From a virus, in IMG/VR virus record IMGVR_UViG_3300027861_000018, positions 22,269 through 86,268 of that record: a stretch of DNA of 64,000 nucleotides; one strand, given 5' to 3'. The notes beneath the pieces were generated by a model. That model was not told where the DNA came from and did not search any database. It worked only from the letters and a program-made list of their open reading frames with translations. The position numbers were made by a program, and so were the translations under genes. Below are positions 38,344 through 46,709 of this stretch, piece after piece. Numbering within the stretch: position 1 is the stretch's first letter; each line of letters opens with the position of its first letter.

Positions 38344-39672
38344 TTACTCCGTGATATCGATGGTTTGAGATGTGGCGCCCACCTGGGTCACAATTTTGCC
38401 AGTGCTGACGCCATAGCCCTGTCCATCGCTGCTTGGGCCCGCGACGATTGCAGGCCTGTTCCAGTTGTTGATGTCCAGAAGGCGGAAAGACATGCTTGCC
38501 GTGTGAAGCCCAGAAAAGCCGGGCGTGGATGTGCGATTGAAGGTCTTTGTGACTACCAGCGTGGCTCGCTCACCTGTCTGCGCTGACTGCGGCGCCATGT
38601 TCGTATCCATCCAGTTGACCACCTCTGCCACCATCCTCTGAAGGTCAATCGCAAGCGGTGCGCGTGCTTCCAAGCTGAAGTCGATGTGTGCACGCCTTGG
38701 TGATGGGAGTATAACTCCAACGGGTGGTGACGCGTAGATGTTCATGATGTGGGAATCCCCACCACCAACCCCGTGGTCCACTGTGTCAATGTCGGCGAAC
38801 ACCAGCGATGGCGTCGAAGCATCATCCTCATAGTCCATGTCTGTCTGGACGGCGACGGGTGGCGCATACTTGGCTCTGATCAAGATGTCGTCGCCGAGGG
38901 TGGGCGCGCCAGTCAGCGTGATGACTCCTGCCGCAAAACTGGAAAGTATGCTTGAGCGCGCCTTAGGGTCTGACGTGAGATTCCACACCCCGTCAATGCT
39001 ATCCACGCTCGCGACCCAAGCAGCATAATCATCGCCAAACACGTCAGCCAGGGTGATGGTTGACGTTCCGTCGCTGGCTGCCCGGATGTCTGTCATTGGG
39101 CGAATTGTATCCTGGAGCTGGGCAACCACTGTGCCATAAATCCAATCTTCAATGAAGTCTGGAAGAGACAGCGTGCACAGCAGCAACACCTCGGTCACGC
39201 TGGGCGTGTAGTCTCGGTCCGTGGTCTGAAGATTGAGCACCACCCCAAGTGCCGTGTCCGGATTCCACGTAGGCAAGTTGGTATTGATGTCTTCAATCGT
39301 ATTCCAATCACTCGCGCCGGCCGCCGACCAAGCTGCGCCATCCCAATAGTAGTGAGTCGTGCCGTCCCAAAGTCTGCCCTGGATCGTGGTAACTTGATTG
39401 AGGTCCAGGTCCTTGGGTGACTCCCCAATTATCTGGATCATGTCCCACGTGACCAACTGACCGATAGAATGGGTCGGAAGCGCAACATACAAATCAGCGT
39501 CAGTGGGGTAGCCCTCTCCCAAGCTGTCGCCTATGTCTGCTGGGATGAGCCTGATGAGTCTTTCACGCGGGATAGCCCGCAACTTCGTGTAGTCGCTGGT
39601 TGTCGCGTCACCCACCATTTTGGAATCAAAATGGTGACACTTCAGCAACCTCTTTGTCGTGGTCGTGCTCAT
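38344..39672 (-). CDS. Virion protein, probable tail terminator/completion protein
   Basis: Position between neck genes and sheath; ATGA overlap at 39669-39672; YYWDGAAWS module. Confidence 0.55.
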   Translation of the reverse strand: MSTTTTKRLLKCHHFDSKMVGDATTSDYTKLRAIPRERLIRLIPADIGDSLGEGYPTDADLYVALPTHSIGQLVTWDMIQIIGESPKDLDLNQVTTIQGRLWDGTTHYYWDGAAWSAAGASDWNTIEDINTNLPTWNPDTALGVVLNLQTTDRDYTPSVTEVLLLCTLSLPDFIEDWIYGTVVAQLQDTIRPMTDIRAASDGTSTITLADVFGDDYAAWVASVDSIDGVWNLTSDPKARSSILSSFAAGVITLTGAPTLGDDILIRAKYAPPVAVQTDMDYEDDASTPSLVFADIDTVDHGVGGGDSHIMNIYASPPVGVILPSPRRAHIDFSLEARAPLAIDLQRMVAEVVNWMDTNMAPQSAQTGERATLVVTKTFNRTSTPGFSGLHTASMSFRLLDINNWNRPAIVAGPSSDGQGYGVSTGKIVTQVGATSQTIDITE

Positions 39673-40295
39673 ATCTTGAACCGCTCCCCGGCAAGCCCAG
39701 CCGACCAAGCCTTGAGCCAATTGCGACCAATGCGACGCTTGATTGACTCATCATCCATAGTTTGCGCAATGAAAGGGCGCGCAGGGATGCGGATGTGGGT
39801 AGTGGACTCCCTAAGAGCGCGCCAACCGCCTGGGCGCCTGCGATACAGCTCTGCGGCCCTGCCTGTGAGCTCTGACTCTGATCGGTTGCCTGCGCTCACA
39901 TCAGCCAGATAGCCGAACATCGTGCGCATCTTCTGAGTCACCTTGATGCGGCCGCCATCGTGAAGCATCCGGGCATAGTCCGCCTCTGGGTTGCCCTTCC
40001 GCACCCCAATCTCTGCCGTGTAGTGGTCAATCACAACGCTTGTGATTGCCTTGAACAACTCCCCGCTATCCACGCCTGGCTTGCTTGAGCCCTTGATCAT
40101 GACAGTCAATGGCGCATTGGCAGGGTTGAGTCCCCTCTGAAGGGTGCGTCTGATCTCTTTGCGTACGATGGCGCCGTTGGCTCTTGTGGCATTGCCCATC
40201 TCACGGGCGATGCGACCTGAGGCCACGGCCGGGCTCATGATGGCGGTCAACTTTGACCACGGGCCAGTGAGGGTGATGGATGCGACCTTGGCCAT
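39669..40295 (-). CDS. Neck/tail completion protein (Mu gpG / HK97 gp10-like)
   Basis: NAPLTVMIKGSSKPGVDSGEL; YARMLHDG; IPARPFI. Confidence 0.8.
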   Translation of the reverse strand: MAKVASITLTGPWSKLTAIMSPAVASGRIAREMGNATRANGAIVRKEIRRTLQRGLNPANAPLTVMIKGSSKPGVDSGELFKAITSVVIDHYTAEIGVRKGNPEADYARMLHDGGRIKVTQKMRTMFGYLADVSAGNRSESELTGRAAELYRRRPGGWRALRESTTHIRIPARPFIAQTMDDESIKRRIGRNWLKAWSAGLAGERFKI

Positions 40296-40687
40296 CACGT
40301 CCTCCTGGGTTGCTGGCTGCTGTAACGGATCAACACGAGCGTGTTGGCGCCATCCAGGTGACCCTTGTCTGTCGTCCCTGTGACATATACGGCGGTTGCG
40401 CGTGAGCCAATGACTGTGATCTTGTCCCCATTCTTGGGCACATATGACTCATCGTCAAGCATCCACTGACGAGTGATCACATATCCCGTTGTGGACTTCT
40501 CCTCTCCAGACCTGTCATAGCCGCGCGATTGGCGGCGTGTCTGGCTGTGCTGCGCATCGAAAGTGACGCTGGCGCCCCTGCTCACTCCCTTCACCGGCTC
40601 GCGAGCGCGCGCATTGTATGCGGTGGATGCCTCGTCCAGAGGCACGACCGTTATGCTGACCGGGCTGATGAGAGGAAGGTTGGCCAC
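40295..40687 (-). CDS. Head closure / stopper protein
   Basis: 130-aa beta-rich protein with PKNGDKI; synteny. Confidence 0.6.
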   Translation of the reverse strand: MANLPLISPVSITVVPLDEASTAYNARAREPVKGVSRGASVTFDAQHSQTRRQSRGYDRSGEEKSTTGYVITRQWMLDDESYVPKNGDKITVIGSRATAVYVTGTTDKGHLDGANTLVLIRYSSQQPRRT

Positions 40688-40690
40688 GAA

Positions 40691-41764
40691 TCACACCACC
40701 GCGATGCTGATGGGCGCACGATAATTCTTGATGATTTGCTCGACCTCTGGCGTCAATGCCAAAGCATCGCTCAAACCGACCGTGGAACTGAGCGTATCCC
40801 ACTCTTGCTCATGCCTGTCCACGCGCAAACGCTTGAGCGGTCCGGGCGATGAAGCACTGCTGGTGCTGCCCGTGGTGAGGCGTGACGCCATCCCAAACAC
40901 CATTGCCATGGTTGCTCGACGGATAGGCCCAGGCGTTGTCCCGTCAGGCTCCAGAAAGCCGAACACGCCGCCGATGTCTTGGTTGGCCGCGCCCTCCCCG
41001 AAGTACCCAGGATAACCTGGACGACCGCCTGAATAGATGGACGGCGTTGCCACCATCTCAATCTTGGGATTGCGACGGTGATCTGCCTGAAGCCAGATTG
41101 GGCCCTTGCGATTGATTGGCGACGCATATGCGTGGTAACTGTCTGCGTCCAATTCCTGGGAGCTGAAATTGGCCTTGATGTAGTCGATTCCGATGATGGG
41201 CACAGGAAAGTGAAGCCGCGGGCTGCCCGTGCCGTCCATCTTGAATGTCTGATATACCGGCCTGAAGGGCTGCTTGCACAGCCGATCAATGAGTTGTTGC
41301 GCATAGATGAGCAGCTCCAACATCCAAGCATCAGCGACGGTCACAGCACTCAATCCTTCAGCACGAAGCTCGTTGGGACTCACATAGCTCCAGACGCCCA
41401 ATCCCAAAGCTGCGTCGCTGATGTAAAATACCTGCTCCCACGACAGCGTTGCTGCGCTGTTGTCAGGGTCTGTGTACCACCATTTGATGCTGTGCTTTCC
41501 TTCATTGGGCGTGGCCCATGATGTGCCTGGCGTCAGCCCGACTGAAAGTGTCACATCCTTGGCCGGGAACACCCCTGTGAAGTCGCCTTCACTGGACACA
41601 TCCTCCCTGCCTGTGGCAGGAAAGACCTGCACGGGGCTGCCGCTATCCCAATCATACACGACAAACTCAACAACAGTCGGGTCAAACAACTGACCCTCGC
41701 GATTCACGGCATGGAGCGCCAGGATGTCGCGGGTGTTCTCTTCGCCGTTGGCCAAGTGGGGCAT
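40691..41764 (-). CDS. Head-tail adaptor protein
   Basis: YVSPNELRAEG...AQQLIDRLC; TPGPIRRAT; EVEQIIKNYR. Confidence 0.7.
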   Translation of the reverse strand: MPHLANGEENTRDILALHAVNREGQLFDPTVVEFVVYDWDSGSPVQVFPATGREDVSSEGDFTGVFPAKDVTLSVGLTPGTSWATPNEGKHSIKWWYTDPDNSAATLSWEQVFYISDAALGLGVWSYVSPNELRAEGLSAVTVADAWMLELLIYAQQLIDRLCKQPFRPVYQTFKMDGTGSPRLHFPVPIIGIDYIKANFSSQELDADSYHAYASPINRKGPIWLQADHRRNPKIEMVATPSIYSGGRPGYPGYFGEGAANQDIGGVFGFLEPDGTTPGPIRRATMAMVFGMASRLTTGSTSSASSPGPLKRLRVDRHEQEWDTLSSTVGLSDALALTPEVEQIIKNYRAPISIAVV

Positions 41765-41807
41765 TATGCGCTCCTGTGGGCGCCGGCCGGCGCCAGCTCC
41801 GTGGACA

Positions 41808-42275
41808 TCAACTCGCCCTCTGCAATCGCGCTGACAGGGGGCTGCCTTCTGCGTGCCGAAGCTCTGCGCTTGGGCTAGCTTCCACGCGGGCCTGGTCAGC
41901 GCCCCCTCGGGGCATACCTGCCACCCCGGGGTTGTGAACCCGTCGGCCAGCGCGTTCCACCTCCACCTTCATCGACCCGTTTTGGCCTCGCCACACCGTC
42001 AAGGCTGTGCGAGTCGTGTCTGCTTGGATGATGACCTGCTCGCCCGTTACGCGCTCACCGTCTCTGGACCGAATGAGCCGATGCTCAAAGTGGATGGCCC
42101 TGAAACGTTGAGGGCGTGGGGCGGCGTACTGACGGCCACTCCAAAGGATGGAAACGCCTGTAATTGTCTGCTGAAACGCAGGATCAGCGCTGAGACGGGC
42201 CCAACGCTGGCGGTCTGCTTCACGCTCCATGTTGAACTGGACCGTATCACCGCTGCTCTGGTTGACCTGCAGCAC
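41808..42275 (-). CDS. Hypothetical protein
   Basis: Fills the operon gap and is coupled to the upstream stop. Confidence 0.55.
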   Translation of the reverse strand: MLQVNQSSGDTVQFNMEREADRQRWARLSADPAFQQTITGVSILWSGRQYAAPRPQRFRAIHFEHRLIRSRDGERVTGEQVIIQADTTRTALTVWRGQNGSMKVEVERAGRRVHNPGVAGMPRGGADQARVEASPSAELRHAEGSPLSARLQRAS

Positions 42276-42727
42276 TAGGCAGGCTCATCAACCAAAGATG
42301 TCTCCAGCTGAGCAAGCACCAGCGCTTGGCGCTCTGTGATGCGCTTGATAAGCTGAGCATTCGTTGGCGGCTTGCGCGAGTCAAGACCAGGCACGCCCAG
42401 GTCTGCTGCGATTGCGATCAGGCGCTTCTTGCTCATGTTCACCCTGACCGCTGTTCGCGCCAGAGCAAGCAAGCGTTCAGGAGTGATGGTGGCGACGCCC
42501 GGACCAGTGCGGCCCTTCTTTCCCACCGTTGACAACACCTTTGCCTCCGTAACTTTAACAGCGCGGATGACGCGAGCTGTCACTTTGTACCGGCCGTGGC
42601 ACTTGTAGTATTTCAGGTGGACGGGATTGGCGACAGGGAATCTGACGCCGTGGCGGTCGCGTTGACCCCACGGCGTCGTGTTTGCCGCACCTTCAACCAA
42701 TTCCACGTGGTGAACTGTCTTGCTCAT
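42275..42727 (-). CDS. Basic hypothetical protein with Rho-N/HeH-like C-terminal motif
   Basis: MSKKRLIAIAADLGV...TNAQLIKRI; GGAG RBS before the ATG at 42727. Confidence 0.6.
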   Translation of the reverse strand: MSKTVHHVELVEGAANTTPWGQRDRHGVRFPVANPVHLKYYKCHGRYKVTARVIRAVKVTEAKVLSTVGKKGRTGPGVATITPERLLALARTAVRVNMSKKRLIAIAADLGVPGLDSRKPPTNAQLIKRITERQALVLAQLETSLVDEPA

Positions 42728-42795
42728 GTCAGGCTCCATCCTGTTGAACAGATGATGGTGAATCAACACGGAGGGGCGTCAACCCCTCACCGTGA

Positions 42796-44007
42796 TCAGA
42801 TGGCGTTGCTGATGTTGTACGCCTTGACGACTGCCGTCAGTTCTTCAAACTGCACGTCAGTCTTGGCCGTGATGGCATACTGGTCCACTCGCGCATAGAT
42901 GTCGCGGTCCTTCTCCACCCTGATGTCACGACCCCAGGCGATGATCATGTTCATCTTGTGCGTGAGCAGCACCTGCGGATATGCGCCATAAGTCATCTTG
43001 ACCGTGTCAGTGGCCCCGATGCTGGAGCCGCCACCCGCGTGGGTGACGGTGCCGGCCGTCTCATCGACGGTGTAGTCTGTGGTGAGCGTGTACGCTTCTT
43101 CTGGCGTGGAACCGGTCAGGGTGCTCGTTGCCACAACCAGGCTGCTTGCCTGGATGGGGCCGTAGCGCAGACTGACCGTGGAGCCAGAGCCAGTGAAAGC
43201 GATGTGCTCCACCACGGGCGGGTAGAAAGCAAGCAGCGCGACGCCGACCAGAGGAATGCCGAACGGCGTCATGCGGCCCGAGCTGTTCAGCGCCTGATCA
43301 CCCATCGCGGTTGCGCGGCTTGCGACACGCTCACGATACAGCTGCTCAAGCTCTTGCGAGCACAGATACACCAAGTCGCGCTTCTGCCGCCGGAACTTGG
43401 CAGGCAGCTCGTTCAGCATCAAGCTGAACACATTGGGGCTGATGGCAGCGCCAGCGATGTCCACCGTGCTGCCGGAGTCTGCAAGGCGCAGCCAACCGTC
43501 AAACAGCTCCAGGAATGTGTCCTTGACGTACTCCGTGCTGGACCCGCCGTCGACGATGTCTGACTCCAGAGCAGCTACGCCCTCGTCATCGCCGTTGATG
43601 TGAAGCTCTTCCACATCATTGGCCATCTGAGTGGCCATCATCTTGACGATGTGCTCCTCGATGTCGTCACCCTCTAGGTTGTTCTCCACGAAGGAGTCAC
43701 CAATCTCAAAGGGCGTCATGATCTCTTTGGGAGTCAGCTGAACCTGCGACGCGGTGATGCCCTTGCGCCGGTTGGGATCACGTGCTTCTGCAGCCGGCAT
43801 CGTGACACGCGAACCAACACCAATCTTGTCAATGTTGAGATTCTCGGCGCGAAAGCGCACGACGCGAGCGAACTCAGCCACGCCGGTGACATCGATGACG
43901 AAGTCAATGAACTTCTCTGCTTGCTCGTCATTGAGCTTGCCGGTGCTGGCGATGTCATCGGTGGTGATGACAGCCTTGGCCACCAATTCCTCATTCGTCT
44001 TGGACAT
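42796..44007 (-). CDS. Major capsid protein (HK97 fold) with inserted beta domain
   Basis: GKLNDEQAEKFID; ENNLEG; NDVEELHINGD; DGWLRLA; DIRVEKDRD. Confidence 0.92.
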   Translation of the reverse strand: MSKTNEELVAKAVITTDDIASTGKLNDEQAEKFIDFVIDVTGVAEFARVVRFRAENLNIDKIGVGSRVTMPAAEARDPNRRKGITASQVQLTPKEIMTPFEIGDSFVENNLEGDDIEEHIVKMMATQMANDVEELHINGDDEGVAALESDIVDGGSSTEYVKDTFLELFDGWLRLADSGSTVDIAGAAISPNVFSLMLNELPAKFRRQKRDLVYLCSQELEQLYRERVASRATAMGDQALNSSGRMTPFGIPLVGVALLAFYPPVVEHIAFTGSGSTVSLRYGPIQASSLVVATSTLTGSTPEEAYTLTTDYTVDETAGTVTHAGGGSSIGATDTVKMTYGAYPQVLLTHKMNMIIAWGRDIRVEKDRDIYARVDQYAITAKTDVQFEELTAVVKAYNISNAI

Positions 44008-44080
44008 TATACTGTCTCCAGGTGCGGGTCCATCAGCGGATGGATGCGATTGATTGTGGCGCTGCCCGCGCCGGGATGGG

Positions 44081-45007
44081 TCAGGCTGTCTTGGCGGCTC
44101 GGCGCGCGGCTTCCTTGGCCTTGCGCGTGGGCTGGTTGATCACAGACTTCCACAGAGAGGTCTTCTGAATCTGCTCAACGTCATCTGCCGGGTCTGGGTC
44201 GACGGCATCAGGCTCGTCATTGCTTCCAGCCTCCAACTCTTCAAGCTGCTTCTGAATGCGCGCCGTCTCAGCCTTGGCTGCCTCTTCAGCGCCCCTGGCC
44301 TTGACCAGCTCTTCTTCAGCTAGCGCCTTTGCGACAACGGCTTGCTCTTCAGACGTTGGCTCAGCCTCGACTGGCTCAAGCGCAGACACGCGCTTGACCA
44401 AGGGCTCCAACTTGGCGTCCAGCATGGCCTCGAAAGCGCCGAGATCAAAGGCTGACTTCTCAACCTCTGTCTCCTCAACGGCTTCTGGCACTTCTGCCGG
44501 CGCCATTTCAGCCACGGCTGCGCTCAGGCCGTCAGCAAGGGCAGTCAGCTCTGCGAGACGATTTGGGGTGACACTCTTTGCCTTGATGATGTCAAGCTGC
44601 TCAGCAACAAACATCTCGACAGCGCTCATGGTCACGGCATCAGAGCCGGCCTTGGCGATTGCCGCCGTGCTTGCGGCTGCGTCGGCCGCATTGACTTCAC
44701 TGATTGCCTTGGCGATGATTGCCTTGAGGTCGTCAGCCAGAGCAAGGGCGTGATCGCCCTCATTGAGACTCTTGAAGACGGCGGTGGCAATGTTGCCCTC
44801 CACAGGCCAGAGCATGCTGTGAATGTCATCCACAGCTTTCCACAGCTGGCCGATGTCGGTGAAGCTCTCAAACTCATCCTTGAGGACCTCGATCATGGAG
44901 CTTGCCGACGCCAGACGCTCCAGGGCCAGGTCCTTGGACAGCTGTTTGATCTTGTCGATGTCCTTGGCGACAGACAGGGCAACGGTGAAAGCGGGCTTGG
45001 CGGCCAT
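44081..45007 (-). CDS. Nested in-frame scaffolding protein (internal start)
   Basis: AAGGAGGAG-ccgccc-ATG at 45007, exactly at the protease/scaffold boundary. Confidence 0.6.
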   Translation of the reverse strand: MAAKPAFTVALSVAKDIDKIKQLSKDLALERLASASSMIEVLKDEFESFTDIGQLWKAVDDIHSMLWPVEGNIATAVFKSLNEGDHALALADDLKAIIAKAISEVNAADAAASTAAIAKAGSDAVTMSAVEMFVAEQLDIIKAKSVTPNRLAELTALADGLSAAVAEMAPAEVPEAVEETEVEKSAFDLGAFEAMLDAKLEPLVKRVSALEPVEAEPTSEEQAVVAKALAEEELVKARGAEEAAKAETARIQKQLEELEAGSNDEPDAVDPDPADDVEQIQKTSLWKSVINQPTRKAKEAARRAAKTA

Positions 45008-45592
45008 GGGCGGCTCCTCCTTGTCCTGGACCAATGCCTTGGTCACGAGGAACTTGCGTTCATTTGCGGCGGCATCCACAAGAGACACCTCCGATACATC
45101 AAGGGCGAGGAGTGGGCGTGATTTCTCCACATCCACAACTTCGCCAACAGACTTGGCCACTTCAGCCTCTTCAGCTGCTGGAACAGTTGCGATAGCGCCG
45201 ATGCTGAATCCGGTTAGCGACCCATCCTTGACACCGTCCCAAATTTCATCATTCAGGACCTTGACTGTCATCACCCAAGTGCCCTTGAGGACCTGCTGGC
45301 CGCCAATGGTCGTATCTTCAGGGGCGATGTAGCTCTCAGCGAGGTGGATGTCTGGGAGTCCAAACAGCTTGTGCTGGATGCCTAATTTTGTGGCCGCATT
45401 GTATTTGGCAACGAAGGCGTGCGCCGCCTCTTCAATGACCTCCGGCGCAACAGTATCCCCATGAGCATCTTCAACATCAGGCTGAAGCACAATGCCTGTC
45501 ACCAGTCGCTTCTCATCGGCGTCAGCAGCATCATCTGCCTTGATAACAGGGCAAGTGATCGTCGCTCGATAGCGTTGTGACGCAGCTGGCAT
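44081..45592 (-). CDS. XkdF-like prohead serine protease fused to scaffold domain
   Basis: EKRLVTGIVLQPDVEDAHGD; ESYIAP; GTWVM; GSLTGFSIG; EVSLVDAAAN; Ala/Glu-rich coiled-coil C-half. Confidence 0.85.
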   Translation of the reverse strand: MPAASQRYRATITCPVIKADDAADADEKRLVTGIVLQPDVEDAHGDTVAPEVIEEAAHAFVAKYNAATKLGIQHKLFGLPDIHLAESYIAPEDTTIGGQQVLKGTWVMTVKVLNDEIWDGVKDGSLTGFSIGAIATVPAAEEAEVAKSVGEVVDVEKSRPLLALDVSEVSLVDAAANERKFLVTKALVQDKEEPPMAAKPAFTVALSVAKDIDKIKQLSKDLALERLASASSMIEVLKDEFESFTDIGQLWKAVDDIHSMLWPVEGNIATAVFKSLNEGDHALALADDLKAIIAKAISEVNAADAAASTAAIAKAGSDAVTMSAVEMFVAEQLDIIKAKSVTPNRLAELTALADGLSAAVAEMAPAEVPEAVEETEVEKSAFDLGAFEAMLDAKLEPLVKRVSALEPVEAEPTSEEQAVVAKALAEEELVKARGAEEAAKAETARIQKQLEELEAGSNDEPDAVDPDPADDVEQIQKTSLWKSVINQPTRKAKEAARRAAKTA

Positions 45593-45701
45593 GCTTTGCT
45601 TCAGTATGGGTAGCCTGGCATTCTGTACTATAACCGACCGTGACCAAAGGCAACGAATGAATAACTGGTTACCAACTGCGTTGCCGTTTGGTTGCGCAAG
45701 A

Positions 45702-46709
45702 TCACGCCAGGTCCACTGTTGTTCGACACTTGAAGTGAAAGGGGGGCATGCCATATCCTGCAGCAGATAAGACCTCTGCCGCGGCTGGCGTGATGGGCTT
45801 GCCCTGCTCGACGACTACGCCAAGGTCACTAAATGCGCTCACATATCCGCCAGGATTCCACGGGTGAAGCGCCTTGACGTCTTCTGGGGATTCTGCGGCT
45901 ATGATCTCCCTCACGCGATCAGCTGCTGCCTTGACCGGGAACTCCTTGCCGTTGAGGTCAGAGCAGATGTCCGTGGTGCGCTCATCCATTGGATTAACAA
46001 TGACGTAACTATCCACCCCCAATTCTTCCAACTCCAGCAATGCGCCACTCACGCGCGCAGTGGTTGCGGCATTCACAGCCACCCCGCTGAAATACCAAGC
46101 CCCCTTGGATGCAAACGCGCCAGTGCCAAAGATGCGCTCTGCCTCCTTGCGCAGCTTCTCTCCTGCCGCCTTGCCGCTCAAGCCTGCCAACTCCTCAAAC
46201 CCAGCTGACTCGATGCTGTCGCGAGTCAAAGCGTCATAGTGCTCGCCCAGCCAATACACCTGGTCGCCCGCCAGCGCTGAGACGGCTTGCTGATCAACCA
46301 CGCTGAACGTCGCTTCCAGGGATGCCTTGAACACCAGAGTCTTGCCATATCCCCTTGTGCCTGCTGCCTTATTGAAGATGACTTTCTGAGACAGCTTGTA
46401 CATCTCCGCAATACCATCCCCAACCATGGCGACGGCATCACCGGAAGGCCAAGCCGCAAAGGGGGACTGGAGTAGCTTTGTTGCCTTGGTTGCGTGGGCA
46501 GAGGTGACTACCTTTTGCCCGGCCAGGTATGCCTCGGCTGCTGTTGTGCCTGCCTCTGATAGCATGGACCATTCCGCCTCAAGCGCGATTGCCATCGCAT
46601 CTTGAATGGCTTCAATGTCATCATATTCCGGCACAGCCTGTTTGGCCTTGATCACAGCAATGCCGTGATCAAGAGCCTGGCGACCCAGCGAGCAACCGCA
46701 CTTCATCAA
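45702..46709 (-). CDS. Head morphogenesis protein (SPP1 gp7/Mu gpF-like)
   Basis: MDERTTDICSDLNG and PPFHFKCRT. Confidence 0.85.
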   Translation of the reverse strand: MMKCGCSLGRQALDHGIAVIKAKQAVPEYDDIEAIQDAMAIALEAEWSMLSEAGTTAAEAYLAGQKVVTSAHATKATKLLQSPFAAWPSGDAVAMVGDGIAEMYKLSQKVIFNKAAGTRGYGKTLVFKASLEATFSVVDQQAVSALAGDQVYWLGEHYDALTRDSIESAGFEELAGLSGKAAGEKLRKEAERIFGTGAFASKGAWYFSGVAVNAATTARVSGALLELEELGVDSYVIVNPMDERTTDICSDLNGKEFPVKAAADRVREIIAAESPEDVKALHPWNPGGYVSAFSDLGVVVEQGKPITPAAAEVLSAAGYGMPPFHFKCRTTVDLA

